Origin: the human T2T-CHM13v2.0 reference genome, Homo sapiens | Assembly: GCF_009914755.1 (NCBI RefSeq) | Contig: NC_060928.1 | Length of the DNA stretch: 64,000 bases | Direction: 5' to 3' (one strand) | Shown: piece by piece, positions 1 through 13,620 of the stretch | How positions within the stretch are numbered: the first letter of the stretch is position 1 | Layout of the letters: the number at the start of each line of letters is the position of its first letter | Notes under the pieces: generated by a model | The model's database searches: none | Told to the model about the DNA's origin: nothing | Seen by the model: the letters and a program-made list of their open reading frames with translations, nothing else | Program-made: the position numbers and the translations under genes

Positions 1-1
1 A

Positions 2-340
2 GGCGGGTGTGGTGGCTCATGCCTGTAATCCTAACACTTTGGGAGGCCAAGGTGGGAGGATTGCTTCAACCCAGGAGTTCAAGACCAGCCTGGGCAACAT
101 AGTGAGACCCCCATCTCTACAAAAAGTGAAAAACAGACAAACAAAAGGTCAGGCATGGTGTTGCATGCTTGTAGTCCCAGCTACTTGGGATGAGGTCGAG
201 GGCTGAAATGGAAGGATGGCTTGAGCCTGGGAGTTCAAAGCTGCAGTCAGCCGTGATTGCACTACTGCACTCCAGCATGGGTGAGAGAGTGAGACCCTGT
301 CTCAAAAAAAAAAAAAAAAAAGAAAAAAGAAAAAGAAAAA
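2..340 (+). mobile_element. Alu SINE (AluJ-type)
   Basis: Starts GGCGGGTGTGGTGGCTCATGCCTGTAATCC, has the AluJ-like GGGAGGATTGCTT and GGGCAACATAGTGAGACCCC, is dimeric, and has an A-rich tail at 304-340. Confidence 0.93.
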
Positions 341-789
341 GTATAGCTTTCTGGTGGCAGAGAATAGAGACTTGAAAGGAGACACATACCTGGAAAGAAT
401 CTAAAAATGTGAGGCTGAAAGAAGGCAATTGACAATGGAGTGTGGCAGGATATTCCATAACAATCACTCTTCCTTGCAGACCATAAATGTCATTAAGATT
501 TGAAAGAGCCAGGTCTCCCCCAAGACCCAGGAAGGAGAGCAGGCCCTGCTCCCTCTTATGCCTTCCATGGTTCCCACACCTCCTCAGTGCTGGGGACTTC
601 CTAGTTTGAGACTGGCTGGGCTTTGCTTGGTGAGCTCCTGCCTGGCCCTGGTCCACAGGAAGGTGTCAAAGGCAGGTGAGCAGTAGGGCAGGAAATGTAG
701 TACTACCCATTGGAAGAGTTACCTTCCACCCACGGTCATTTATGTGCCCAACTCACTTCAAAGCTCTTAGGTGTGTCATAGGTGATCTT

Positions 790-1320
790 GTTTACCTATT
801 CATTTATTAATAATCTGTCTTCCCACAAGAATAATGTGCTCCCATGAGAACAGGGGCCTCATCTGTCTTGTTTGCCATAGCAACATCTATGTCAAGGGCA
901 ATGCCGGGCTCATTTTAACTAGAAAATAGATATTTGCTGAATGACTGATTGAAGTAATGAATCTTGTCCTATGTGCCCATTTTACAGAAGAGGACACAAA
1001 GCAACACCATGACTTGCCTCTGGTCACACAGGTGGAGGTTGAACCTGGACTAGAATCCAGTTCTTCACCTCTCTCAGGTCTTTAATCAAAAGTCACCTAA
1101 TTGAGGACTTCCCTGGCCAACTATAAAAAACTCCACACTCCTACACCAGCCAACATTTCACATTTCACATTCCCTTCTGTTTTTTTTTCTTTCTGAGCAC
1201 TTCTCATGATGGAAACACACTATTTGTACCTTGTTCATCATTTGTTCCTTCCTGTAGAATGTGGGCTGCAGGAGGGCAGGGGTTTTTGTCTGTGTGTTCG
1301 CTGCTGTACCACCAGCAACA
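790..1320 (+). mobile_element. L2 3' fragments with an intervening minus-strand MIR fragment (~975-1075)
   Basis: L2-like CTCCCATGAGAACAGGGG...ATATTTGCTGAATGA and GAATGTGGGCTGCAGGAGGGCAGGGG; MIR core CCCATTTTACAGA. Confidence 0.6.
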
Positions 1321-1339
1321 ACAACACCAATGGCCATGG

Positions 1340-1570
1340 CTAATGTTTATTGAGCACTTGCTGTGTGCCAGGCACGTGACATGGAATATCTCATTTAAAA
1401 TCCCTAGCAGTTCCAGGAAGTAGATGTTGTTATTATGCCCATTTTATAGATGGGAAGACGGACCTTAGAGAAGTTAAGTAACTTGTACTTATCAGGAAGT
1501 GACAGAGGTGGGACAAGAAGCCAGATCCGTCTGACACCCAGGTCCTGTCTTTGACCACTAAGCCCTGAAC
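1340..1570 (-). mobile_element. MIR SINE
   Basis: AATGTTTATTGAGCACTT...TGTGCCAGGCAC...CCCATTTTATAGATGGGAA...GTTAAGTAACTTG is the reverse complement of the MIR consensus. Confidence 0.85.
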
Positions 1571-2214
1571 TGCCTCCCAGCAAGAGCCTTTGTGGTGGGA
1601 GTTGGCTGAGATGTCTGGGCCAGCAGAGCTAATAGCCTCCTGTCCTCCTTCCCCAGGCAGCTGCTCTTTTCCTATGACTCAGCTCTACTCACAGAGGAGC
1701 CAAATGAGGCTGCAAATCAGAGCTGGTGACCAAGGCCACCACAAAGCTCCTGACATGCCATTTCGGCTGGCATTTCACCTGGTCACCCAACATCATCAGT
1801 CTCTGAGTAGGAAGACAAAGAGGCAGCCTATTCTTAACTCAGACTAATTGTAGAGAGGCTCCCCCCACCCCCTTTCTCAGAAGATCCACCTCCTGACCTA
1901 CACCCCATTTGCAAACCCTCCTAGAGCAGAGTGGGAAGAGCCCAGCATGTCAGCGCTTTTCCCCTCGCCATGATTAGCAGATTGTCTTCCAACCACAGAG
2001 TCAAGTGTGCACCGTGCTGATTGATGTCCAAGCTCAGGCAGAGTGAAGGGGAGCAGCCAGGTGTTTTCTCGCAGGTCCGCAATCTGCTCCCCATTTCTCA
2101 TCACTCCTACCCTCTCAGCACTCACTGCAAGGGGCTTCCCAAGTTTTCCTTGGCTTCTTAGATGCAGGAACCCTATTGTGGATCCTCACAGGACAGATCA
2201 AGAGCAAGGGAGAC

Positions 2215-3150
2215 ATATTTATTGGGCACCTACTCTGAGGGTGCTATGGAAATGATGTCACTTAGTCCTTTCCCGTTATACAGATGGGATAACTGAGACT
2301 CAGCCAAGCTTGTTTAAAGCCACACAGATAAGTGGCAGGGTCAAAGGTATGAGAACACCAGTTTAGTTTTAAAGTTCAGTCTCTATTTCCCACTCTCTTG
2401 AGTTTTTGTGGAAACTGTGTTCCTTTGTGTCCCTAAAGGCTGAGGGCCATAGTCCCACTCATTCATTCCTCAGCAGAAAATATTATCTACTATGTGTCAG
2501 TCACTGTGCTAGGTGCTTGGGGTACAGCAATGTGTGCAACAGACAAAACCTCCTGCCCTCACACAGTCCACATTCTACAGAGAGGAACAGATGATGAACA
2601 AGATAAAATATAGAGAGGATATTGGTCACGGTAAATGCTCACAGGTTGAGGGAAGTGTAGAGCAAATCTGGGAAGGGAATGTGAAATATTGCTCACAGCA
2701 GAGGTTATGGAATTTTTCAGAGTTGGCCAGGGGAGGCCTCACTGAAAAGGTGACTTTTGATTAAAGACTTGAGGGAGGTGAAGAACTGGATTATAGTCTG
2801 GGTTCATCCTCCATCTGTGTGACTAGAGGCACATCTTGGTATTGCTTTGTGTCCTCTTCTGTAAAATGAGCACATAGGACAGGATTCATATCTTCAATCA
2901 CTCATTCAGCAAATATTTATTTCCTAATTAAAATGAGCCAGGCATGGCCCTTGACAAAGATTTTGCAAAGGTGAACAGGACAGATGAGGCCCCTGTCCTC
3001 ATGGGAACACATATTCTTGTGGCAAGACAGATAATGAATAAATGAATAGGTAAACAAGATCACCTTTGACAGACCTAAGAGTTATGAAGTCAGTTGTGTA
3101 CATAAATGACCGTGGGTGGAAGGTAACTCTTCCAATGGACTAGTCAGGGA
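2215..3150. mobile_element. MIR/L2 fragment cluster
   Basis: MIR(-) ~2215-2390, L2(-) ~2460-2780 (CTACTATGTGTCAGTCACTGTGCTAGG), MIR(+) ~2790-2890, L2(-) ~2895-3150. Confidence 0.65.
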
Positions 3151-4734
3151 TCCTAATGTTTTGTGTTTGTGATCCTACTACTTACAGCCATGAGGTCTCC
3201 TGCAAGCAGGTTCTCTCTTGTAGGGCCTTGTGGTCTTCACCACAAGAGAAAACACTCAGCAACTAACAAGTCCCAACCACCCCATGCAGATGAGACCCAG
3301 TCATGCGGGCATCTTTCCAAAGGCGTTGCAGTTGAGAGTAGGAACTGGTGAACTCCGCCAACGGACAGCCAGCAGGTGCACAAGGTATTCAGAACTCTAA
3401 AAGAGCACGACTCTCATGAAAGCAAGCTGCAGCTTGCAGGAGGCATTAGGTTTACACTTTCCACCCCTCCTACCGTTGCAAACAAGTTATTAGCAGTTTT
3501 ACATTTTCCCTTAGGGGAATCAGTGTTAATTCACCTTGGCGCTATTCTGGCACCAAGCCATTCATGCAGCTCACAGCTCCTCAGTGAGAAAAGAAAGGAA
3601 GGAAATGAGGAAAGGAAGAAGGGAGGATGGAAGAAAGGAAGGAACAAAAGTGCTACCGTGAAGACTTGCTATAAAACATCACTCGTACCTTCTCAGCACT
3701 CATTTCACCCAAATGACCATCAATGAAGAGTGGGTTTTTTGGAATCACACGTACTCAATGGCATTCAATACGAAAGCATTTGGGTGCATTAGTGCATTAG
3801 GGAAGGTGCCTGAGCTTTTTTCACCATAATAACCTCTACTTTTCTTCCACTTCCTCGAGGCTTAATGAAAATCGAGGTTCAAGAGATTCAAGGCCTTTCA
3901 CATCAGAGGTGGGAAAACTATGCTTCAGCCTAGAAAATAATGGCAGGCCATACAGGTTGTGTTCCTCTTAACATCAAGCTCCCTCATTTTAATTTGGCAA
4001 ATCAAATTCCTTAAACATGACAGTGGTAGCTCACATTGGTCAAAGCACAAATCTGTGCCCTCACAATCATCATCTCTTTTAACTTGAATAACGTTGATCC
4101 TTGCAGGGACTCTCTGTTCCAACCCTGTCTTTGACTAGGTGGGTTGGTTTGCCTAGTTTTGGAACTGCATATCAAGAAGCCTGCAAATGTAAGCCTCATT
4201 CTCTGATATCAGCATTTTCAATAAATAAAGGTGAAATTTTGGTTTCCAGGCTGCATCGCTCTTTTGTCTTATATCTCACTTGGTTCAAAACTTGGTAAGG
4301 ACAGAGGAGTGCTGGCTCCCCAGACTCCAAGAAAAGCTTATTTTGTGCTACTTCATTCTGCACCTCCTGCAGGCTTGTAGTATCTTTTTCTCCATCACAG
4401 AAAACACTGTGTGTACCCTTAACACCTCCCTGAGAATAAAGGCTGGGCTAGAGTTGGCCTCCCTTCTAAAATGGAAAGTGAGGCAAATCAATAGTCAGAG
4501 ATAACTATCAAATGGAAGTCCAGATTACTATATTTAGGAAGAAGCAGTTCTCAGAATCTAGCAAGTCCATAGTTCCATCCAACAGAGATGGACATGGGAG
4601 CCCATTCGCCATACAGCAGCTGATTGAATCTAGGAGGGTGCCTGGCCCAAGACTAGCCAATCTGTAGATGTATATGGGGCCTGGCACAAAGACTTTGCCC
4701 AACAGGGGCAATGTCAATACAAAAGATGTGGACA

Positions 4735-4912
4735 ATAACTACTGTTTATTAGACAATAGCAGCTGATGTACCAGGCATTGTGCTATGTGCTTAACACTCA
4801 TTATCTAATTTAGCCTCACTGCATCAGTTAAATATTATTATCATTTCATTGATAAAGAAACTAAACCGTACAGAGATAAAGAACACTTGGTCAAGAGACA
4901 GAGAGACAGAAA

Positions 4913-4949
<37 letters not shown>

Positions 4950-5190
4950 TTGGGTGATGGAGGAAGAGAAGGGTAGAATTCAACAGTAGAATATAACAGA
5001 GTGGTTAGATATGTGCTCAGGAACTAAAAAGCCTGGATTTGAACTTCTTACAACTGGCACTGTACATCCATAAAATGGCTCAATAATGGTACCTACATCA
5101 AATGATTGCAGTGAAGTTTAGAGGAGTCAATACTTATAAAAAGCGTAGAACAGTGTCTAGTTACTAATTTATAAGTTCAATAAATATTAG
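4735..5190. mobile_element. Two MIRs, (-) and (+), flanking a (CA)n microsatellite
   Basis: TGTACCAGGCATTGTGCT...GAAACTAAAC on the minus strand; GAGTGGTTAG...AATAATGGTACCTAC...TCAATAAATATT on the plus strand. Confidence 0.7.
4914..4946. repeat. (CA)n microsatellite
   Basis: About 16 uninterrupted AC units. Confidence 0.97.
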
Positions 5191-5738
5191 TAATTAACAC
5201 CAATTTTTCCCTTACCCGCAAATAATTCTATGATATCATGTAATGGCGAAGTTGTCAAATCAAAAACAATTTCTCCTAGAATCACGATGATTATTATTTT
5301 CAACCTGTCACAGAACTGTGGGGGAGGACAATGTTTCTTTCCATGCAGTAGGAGCCCCACATGCATGCAGCTCCTAGCTGCCCTCTCTGCCTGGTTACCT
5401 CATTCTCCTTATTTGTTCATTCCATTAATATTTGTTGAACACCTTATATGTGCTGGGACAATTTTCCTAGCACTGGGAATATAGCAGTGGACAAATGGAA
5501 AAAATTCTTGCCCTCGTGGAACGTGTGTATTCAACCAAATGATATATTTTCTTGATGTTTTGAGCTTATGCAGTATTTTGATGACTTTCTGCTATCCTTT
5601 TCCTGAACCTGGACCTGGGCACTGCTGCCTTGTCACAACTTCACACCCACCAGGGCTACACTGGGAAGAAGAGTGAGGAGTGGCTTCATTTGATTGGTGA
5701 GGCTGGAAGGTGGTGCCAGGGACTGGGGTCCAGCTCTC

Positions 5739-6424
<686 letters not shown>

Positions 6425-7205
6425 ACTCCTTGTCTCTCCTGCAGATCCACACATTCTTCAGTGCTTTTCCATGCTGTGGGTTTCAGGGCAGCTGCATCTG
6501 TGGTCATCCAGTCCTGTCTATGACTAAGTGGGCTGGTTTGCCTGATTCTGGAGTTTAGCTTCAAGAAACCCAGCTGCCTACATATATAAGCCATATTCTC
6601 CATAATCATTCTCCTTTTTCACTTTATCAGTGAAAAAAAGGTGATTTAGCTTTCTGACTGTCTTATTCTTTTGTCTGATTTGCCATTTGGCTCAGAACTT
6701 CATCATGAATGAGGAGTGCCATTTGTCAGGCTCTCTTAAATGCCAAAAGAAATGTATTTTGTACTTCCAGATTCTGTACACACAGCAGACAATGTTTAAC
6801 ACATGGCTACCATGTAACTTTATATCCAACATTAGTCAAGGGTTGACTAATTTTCACAATAAAACAAATGACAAGAGAACACTAAGCAATTTAATTTACT
6901 GAACCAAGTGTAGAAATTAGAGTCCAGAAATCAAAGGCATGTTTAACAACTTGAGTGGATGTTTTCTGTTTCCTGTTTATACTAAATGATGAACATTACT
7001 CAATAGTTAATGGCAGACATTAAATTATAATTATACATTCATTGTATCAAACATGTATAAATCCATATTTGTTTTATATGTGAACACACAGATTACAGTC
7101 ATTCTTAGTTCAAGTTTTGTAATACTCAATAAACCTTTGGTTAGTTCCAGAGGGCTTCACTAATGTTTTAATTTTCTACAATTCAATCAATGTCAATTCA
7201 CTTTA

Positions 7206-7528
<323 letters not shown>

Positions 7529-8689
7529 GGAAAAGGACAAGATACTCTACACTGCACGTTGGTGGTATGATGGTGAGGTGGACTATAAAAATGGAGGTTA
7601 TGTCTAAAAATCAAAGGGAAACATTTTCTACTCTGTAATTGGAAGGTTTGAATACTTCATCAGATCTTCGAGATTCCTTTCCATCCACATTTTCATAAAT
7701 CCTTAGGCTTCATATTTGTCTCTGGGCAAACCATGCAGGGTAAGTTCATCTTACAAACCAGTCTAGGATTACACCATCCTAGGTAGCAAAACTGAACTAA
7801 CCAGATTCACTTATAAACTCTTAAGCCCTTTAAAGTCACAGAAATATGATTGTATTTGTGCTTACCCAACAAAAGTTTTTTTAAAATACTGGTTTAAGAG
7901 CATACAATATACTCCTTTATCTAATTCAGAGAATTAACTACAGTCATTTTGGTTATAATGTGACTTACAGTTTTCCAGACTTCAGTTCATGTCCTACAAG
8001 TTTTCCCATCGACTTCACCTGTGTTCCCCTCTCCTCATGACTTTTTCCTGTTTTTAATCCAGGTTCACCTTTCTTTACAGCTCTAACTGCCTTCAGCATC
8101 TCTTTGTTCAACTTGAAGTACCCAGTCAGATCTGCTATTTCAACTCTGAAGCCCTCTGGGCAGCTTTCTCTGATCAAACTTTTTCTAGAAAACAATAATT
8201 TCCTTCAAGCTAATGGAGGTAATAATACTGAGAAAGATGTGTTCATTTTACTCAACAGACCTTGTTGGACTCTCAGATACAAAATGGAAACTATGCTAGG
8301 GACTGATTATGTAAGGATAATCCTGGCAGTCCTGAAAAAGAAATAAGATATTAGAAATTAGATAAGGATTAGTAGTATCTGCAAAGCTTGCTACAATTTC
8401 TACCTCCAAGGCTCATGGCAGACAATGATAATCAATCACAGCACTCTTCTTCTGTTGAACACAGATTCAACATCACAGTCCATTTCAACCCCAGTGCTCT
8501 GAGCAGCTACTCTCAATGGATTGGATCCAACATGTGCGATGAAATGTATTTGCCGTGCCCAAAATCAGACCTGGGATGGAGGTGGGAATGGGGTGAGGAG
8601 CAATGATGAATTATTCTAGGCAGACTTGAGTTTGCTAAATTTGGTTCAAGTGAGATTCTTGATTAATAGAACTTGAAGTGCAAGCATGA

Positions 8690-8890
8690 TCATAACCAAC
8701 TTTCATCATACCAGGCACCATGCTAAATGGTTTCATGCAGTATCTCATATAATCCTCATAACAATCCTGTTCAGTCAGTACTGCCATTATTCCAAGTTTG
8801 AAGAAGAAACCTATGCACAGCAAGGTTATAGATCTTACACAAACTAGTGATGAAGTATAAATTCAAGGTCAAGCTCACTCAAGAGCAACA
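8690..8890 (-). mobile_element. MIR
   Basis: CCAGGCACCATGCTAAATGG...TATCTCATATAATCCTCATAACAATCC...GAAGAAAC. Confidence 0.75.
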
Positions 8891-9149
8891 CAAGTTTTCA
8901 AAATGGAGTGTGAGCCATTAGGACATTTCAAGCTTCTCTATGTATTTATTTTTCATCCAAAACCAAGACTAAAAATATACTATGTGAATTATTACTGGCA
9001 CCCTAAGTCTGAATATCAAATGATCACTTGTCACACACAGCATGGGAGACACCCTGTAGGCAGAGTACAGTCCTCCAAGTCAGAGGGTTGACAATGGGGC
9101 CTTCATCTTCCATGCTCTTCATATATCAAGAGGTGCTACTATTCACACA

Positions 9150-10205
9150 TAGTCTAAAGACAGCAGAATCATCAATACCTTCTACTGAGACGGGGAGTGA
9201 GCATGAAAATATTCTGATCAACCCAGAATTTCACAGGTTGTCTTATGGAAAAGTTCTGAATAGATTTGTCAAACTTAAAAATGAATTCCACATTTTTCTT
9301 TTATAAGAAAGATGTTTTGTATTTTCAGACTTTTACTATGATAACAAATGCTACCAAGCAGATATTTTTGAAAAAATAAGCACACTTCATCTGTCCCTTC
9401 AAGGTAAAGGTGACATTTTAACAAGTAAGAAAGTCTTTCTAAAGAAACTTGTATATTAAAAGAGCATTTTGGAAATGGTTTGAGTTATTCATCTGTTGGT
9501 ACAAACAGTATAAATGTGACAAGTGTCAGCACTCTTTAAAAAGTTGAAAATGTAATTTTCTAAGCTGTTTAAAGATTTTCTAAACAAAGAATTTCAATGG
9601 CTTTTGAACCCATTTGTTAAAAATAATAACAGTAGAACAGTGCAAGTTTACTTTGTAAGAACAACTGATAGACATCAAGGAAGATAAAGATAAAAATTTC
9701 CAAGCCAAATTCAATGAATTTGCATAATTTGCAAATAAGATTGGAAAATAAACTAAATGATTTATTAATTCCAGCCAGTGATGCATTTTATCATTTGTCT
9801 TTGTGTCCCTTGGCAAAGGAAATTTTTTATTTCTGACAGTCCTGAAAACCAAGATTTAAGTTATTCTGCCTAAGTTTAGAACCAGCTCCTCAAATTGTTT
9901 TTATCATAATGGGTTTAACAAAGATTTACTGAACCATTGCTCTTGCTAAAACATGTTAATTCTTTTTGATGAAAGCAAAATATCTTTACACTGTTAGAAA
10001 ATAAAATTAAAAATCAGTTTAAGAATATTATTTTATCTTTCACCTCATTTTTCAAATTTTCTTTTTTGTTGTTGCTTTTACTTTACAGAATACATTGGCA
10101 CAGTAGTCCATGTATGTAATTTGTAAACAGATATGCACATATTGGGGTATGCTCAACATTTGTTTCATTAAAGATATACAGCCAAAGAAATTTTGGAGCC
10201 TGCTG
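9150..10205 (+). mobile_element. hAT-Charlie DNA transposon fossil (3' part of the transposase plus right end)
   Basis: Degenerate transposase motifs GSEHENIL...LSYGKVLNRFVKLKNE.HIFL (ORF 9028-9306), YQADIFEKISTLHLSLQGK (9352), WLLNPF (9598) and QLIDIKED; Charlie-like end ATATTGGGGTATGCTCAAC...TTTTGGAGCCTGCTG. Confidence 0.8.
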
Positions 10206-11334
10206 CAATGCTCCCAGCAGTTTCTAGACCTGCAGTCAGTGAAAAGGAAATCAAGGCACTGAAGAGCATCAGTCAACCCACAGGCTTTATATCTTCACAT
10301 ATATTAAGGTTAATTATATTTTATAAAAGGAATCTAATTGTATTTAGCCACCAGATAAGAAGCCAAAACCTTAGGTTCATCCCCTGCTGCCAGAGGCCCT
10401 GAAGTTTGGCCCAGAACAATCCCATAGATAGACTGTGCCCCTCTACCTGTCATCATGTCAGAGGGGGCCAGGCTTGAGAAGAAAAATGAGTGGGGGGAGG
10501 TCTGTTTCCTAAGGACTCTCAAAATAGCTCTCTGAACTGGTTGGGGTAACCCTAATCCTCCACTGTGCCAGCAGCGCAGCTCAGTGTGGTCCCCAGCGAC
10601 ACTGTCCCTCTGTCACCTAGGCTGAGAGGCTGCCCTGTCCTTCACTTCTGTTAGCACAGATAATCCAAAAGTGTCAACAGAGGAATCATGAATAATTAAT
10701 GTGACCCCCCCAAAGCTTAATACACGAAGAGAAAGTTTATCTGCAAGCTCAAGGATTGCCTGGGGCTCTTTAGACATGAACAGCTACAGTAATACCCTCT
10801 GGAGTCTTCTCCTCTCTCCCCCCTCTTTCCCTTCTTTCTCTGTGGGCTTTGGACATCTCACCCACACCCCGAAATGGGCAGCCCCCTCCATCCTTGAGGC
10901 GTGTGTGGGTCTGATGACAGAAAAGGTTCATCTCTGAAGGCAGTTGGTGAAACTGACTTTCTACCCAGAGGACTTTCTTTAACTCATCTCCCTGTCTTCT
11001 AGGTAGGTTGAGACAGTCTTTGAGCATCTCTATACAGTTAATGAACAGAGCGCCTAAGCATTCTTGAAGGCCTGTATAAGCCTCCAGTCTGTGAACCCTC
11101 CTCTGTTATGTGAATCGTTATCTCTCTGGTGACAGGACTCTTTCTCAGCTCTCCCACCCCTCTCTACCCTCACCTTCCTCACCCGTCGGATTTTTTTCCT
11201 TCCCACTTCTTTCTCTAATCTCAGAAGCACCTTAGGCTAAAATGAAATCATTCTTGGTGATGGTCTGAAGGTGATTTAAAAGTATAACATGCTATTCCTT
11301 ATTTTCTTTTCAAAACAAAGTGAGTTCTTAGAGA

Positions 11335-11540
11335 AGAAGCAAACCAAATCTGAGCTAATAGAAACCAGAAAAGCGGTTATCTCTGTGGGTATTGTCTGCG
11401 ATGAGCAGGAGAGAAAGCTCTAGGATGGTGGAAATGTTCCACAACTTGATCTGGGTAGTGATACACGTGTGTACACATATGTAAAGATTCATGGAGCTGT
11501 ACACTTTATAGTGTGAAAATTATATGTCAAATTTTAAAAG
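11335..11540 (+). mobile_element. L1M 3'-end fragment
   Basis: GGATGGTGGAAATGTTC...CTTGATCTGGGTAGTG...GCTGTACACTT, typical of an L1MB/MC/ME 3'UTR. Confidence 0.7.
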
Positions 11541-11765
11541 GAAAGTAAAAATACAATAAGCTATATAAGCTATGTTCTTCAGGGTTTCAGAAGCTGGTAT
11601 GATGCTCAGACTAGGAAGGCTCTAAGGGCGCGTGGAACTGTCAGCAGCTGGGCAGACACACTCTATCTGCTGCTTGGTACAGTGCCTAACCAGGGTTGCT
11701 GAGCTCCATGGAAATCCCTGGGTGGATTGCGCCAGGCTCTCCTGAAGGAGCCAAGAATTGTGTCA

Positions 11766-12072
11766 TTGTTGTTGTTTTTTCCCTTGGGACAGGGCCTAGC
11801 CCTGACACCTAGACTGGAGTGCAGTGGCATGATCATGGCTCACTGTAGCCTCAACCTCTTGGGCTCAAGCAATCCTTGCACCTCCGCCTCCAGAGTAGTT
11901 GGGACTACAGGTGTGTGCTACCATGGCTGGCTACTCTTTATGTTTTATTTTTTGTAAAGATGTGGTCTTCCTGTGTTGTCCAGGCTAGTCTCAATCTCCT
12001 GAGCTCAAGCAACCAGCCTGCCTCTGCCTCCCCAAGTGCTGGGATTACAGGCGTGAGCCACCATGCCTGGCT
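11766..12072 (-). mobile_element. Alu (AluJ)
   Basis: CTCACTGTAGCCTCAACCTCTTGGGCTCAAGCAATCC, AluJ pattern. Confidence 0.9.
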
Positions 12073-12094
12073 GAGCCTAGAGTTTTAAAAATTC

Positions 12095-12260
12095 ATCTTG
12101 AACGCTATTATGTGCCAGCTACAATGCTGGGTGCTTTATGTGCATCAACTCATTTAATTCCCCAGATAATCCTGGGATGGTGAACTGTTATCCTCATGGG
12201 GCAGTCAGGGAACCGGAGCCGCCGAGGCTGGGCAGGTGGTCCAGGGGCATGCAGCTCATC
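12095..12260 (-). mobile_element. MIR
   Basis: TATGTGCCAGCTACAATGCT...CTCATTTAATTCCCCAGATAATCC. Confidence 0.65.
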
Positions 12261-12364
12261 ATGTGGCAAGCCCCGTACTCCCTTCACACTCCCTCTGTAT
12301 CACCCTCTCAATTAGAATTTCCTTGTGGACAATTCTCTTTTCTTTGCTAGTATGATGTGTCATT

Positions 12365-12648
12365 CTTTTTTTTTTTTTTTTTTGAGATGGAGTCTCGCTC
12401 TGTCGCCCAGGCTGGAGTGCAGTGGCGCGATCATGGCTCACTGCAAGCTCCGCCTCATAGGTTCAAGTGATTTTCATGCCTTAGCCTCCCAAGTAGCTCT
12501 GATTACAGGTGTGCACCATCTTGACCAGCTAAATTTTCATATTTTTAGGGTTTCAGGATTTAGGCCATGAAATCCTGGCCTCAAGTGGTCTGCCCTCCTC
12601 GGCCTCCCAAAGTACTGAGATTACAGGTGTGAGCCACTGTGCTTGGCC
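12365..12648 (-). mobile_element. Alu (diverged AluS/J)
   Basis: Poly-T plus Alu body; TSD-like GATGTG(T/A)CATTCTT at 12354 and 12651. Confidence 0.9.
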
Positions 12649-13159
12649 AGGATGTGACATTCTTTACCCCATGTTGTGACGACAGAAAAGTAACAGATGG
12701 ATTGACCAAGAAGAGGACTTCCCTAAAAAATATTGCTCTGGAGACTTAGCCTTCCTTCTCCTCACCAAGAAGGAAAAATAAAAGTCATCTCTAATCTAGT
12801 TCCCAAGAGAGGAGTCTTTCTAGCTGTGCCTCTGTGGCTTCCCTTTAGTTCTGATGGCAGTGGCTGGCAGCCAGCCTCTGAGGATTACTCAGCATGTCTG
12901 ACCTCTCCAGAGGGGATGCTTTAACTTTGTAAAGGTATGAGTGAATGAGGAGAATCTATAGTTTCTTCCCAGAGTAATCCACCTTGGCTACTTTAGGTAA
13001 CTACTCTTTAAGTCGCCAGTCCTCTGTTGTTTTGGGGTCATGCACAAGCTTCAGCAATGTCCATCACGTTCTTCCAAGGAGTAGAATATGATGCTTCAAT
13101 TGTCAGGGGCCCATGTGTATTGGTATTTACCATATACCATGTGCCATATGCTTTTGGCA

Positions 13160-13620
13160 TCTTAGAGCCTGTTCTGTACCCTGTTCTGCCTCTTGGTAGT
13201 CTCAAGAGCTTAAGTAAATTATTTAACATCTCCAAGCCTCATTTTCCTCGTTTTTAAAATGAAGATGATTACGACAACAAACAATAATAAAACAACAATA
13301 GTCTTAATTAGGCTCATTTTATGTACCAGGCACTGTGCTAAGTAAGCACTTTTCATATGTGGACTCAGTTTAATTCTCACAACAACCCCATGAAGGCAGA
13401 ACTGTTGCTATCCCCTGCTGACACATGAATAAACTGAGACACAGCCAGGACTAAGTTACAGTCAGGATTTTAATTAGGTGTACCTAATCCAGAGCCTAAA
13501 CTCTTTAACTTTCATGCTTCTATTCTCACCTCAACATGTTGCTGTGAAGTGCTTATATTTGTGACAGCACTTTGTAAACAATAAAGCAAAAGCAAAATAT
13601 TAATACCATTATTATTAGTT
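13160..13620. mobile_element. MIR(+) apparently interrupted by MIR(-)
   Basis: GCCTCATTTTCCTCGTTTTTAAAATGAAG on the plus strand; TGTACCAGGCACTGTGCTAAG...AATTCTCACAACAACCCCATGAAGG on the minus strand; a plus-strand MIR tail resumes at ~13530. Confidence 0.6.

Noticed and set aside
117-656. 179-aa ORF and similar ORFs at 7198, 14384, 34096, 37558, 57536 and 59186
   Set aside because: Antisense Alu translations ([11 protein letters not shown]-type peptides, poly-F from poly-T), not genes
3376-3726. 116-aa ORF with a Lys/Glu-rich patch
   Set aside because: The patch comes from a purine-rich GGAA-like low-complexity tract; no domain recognised
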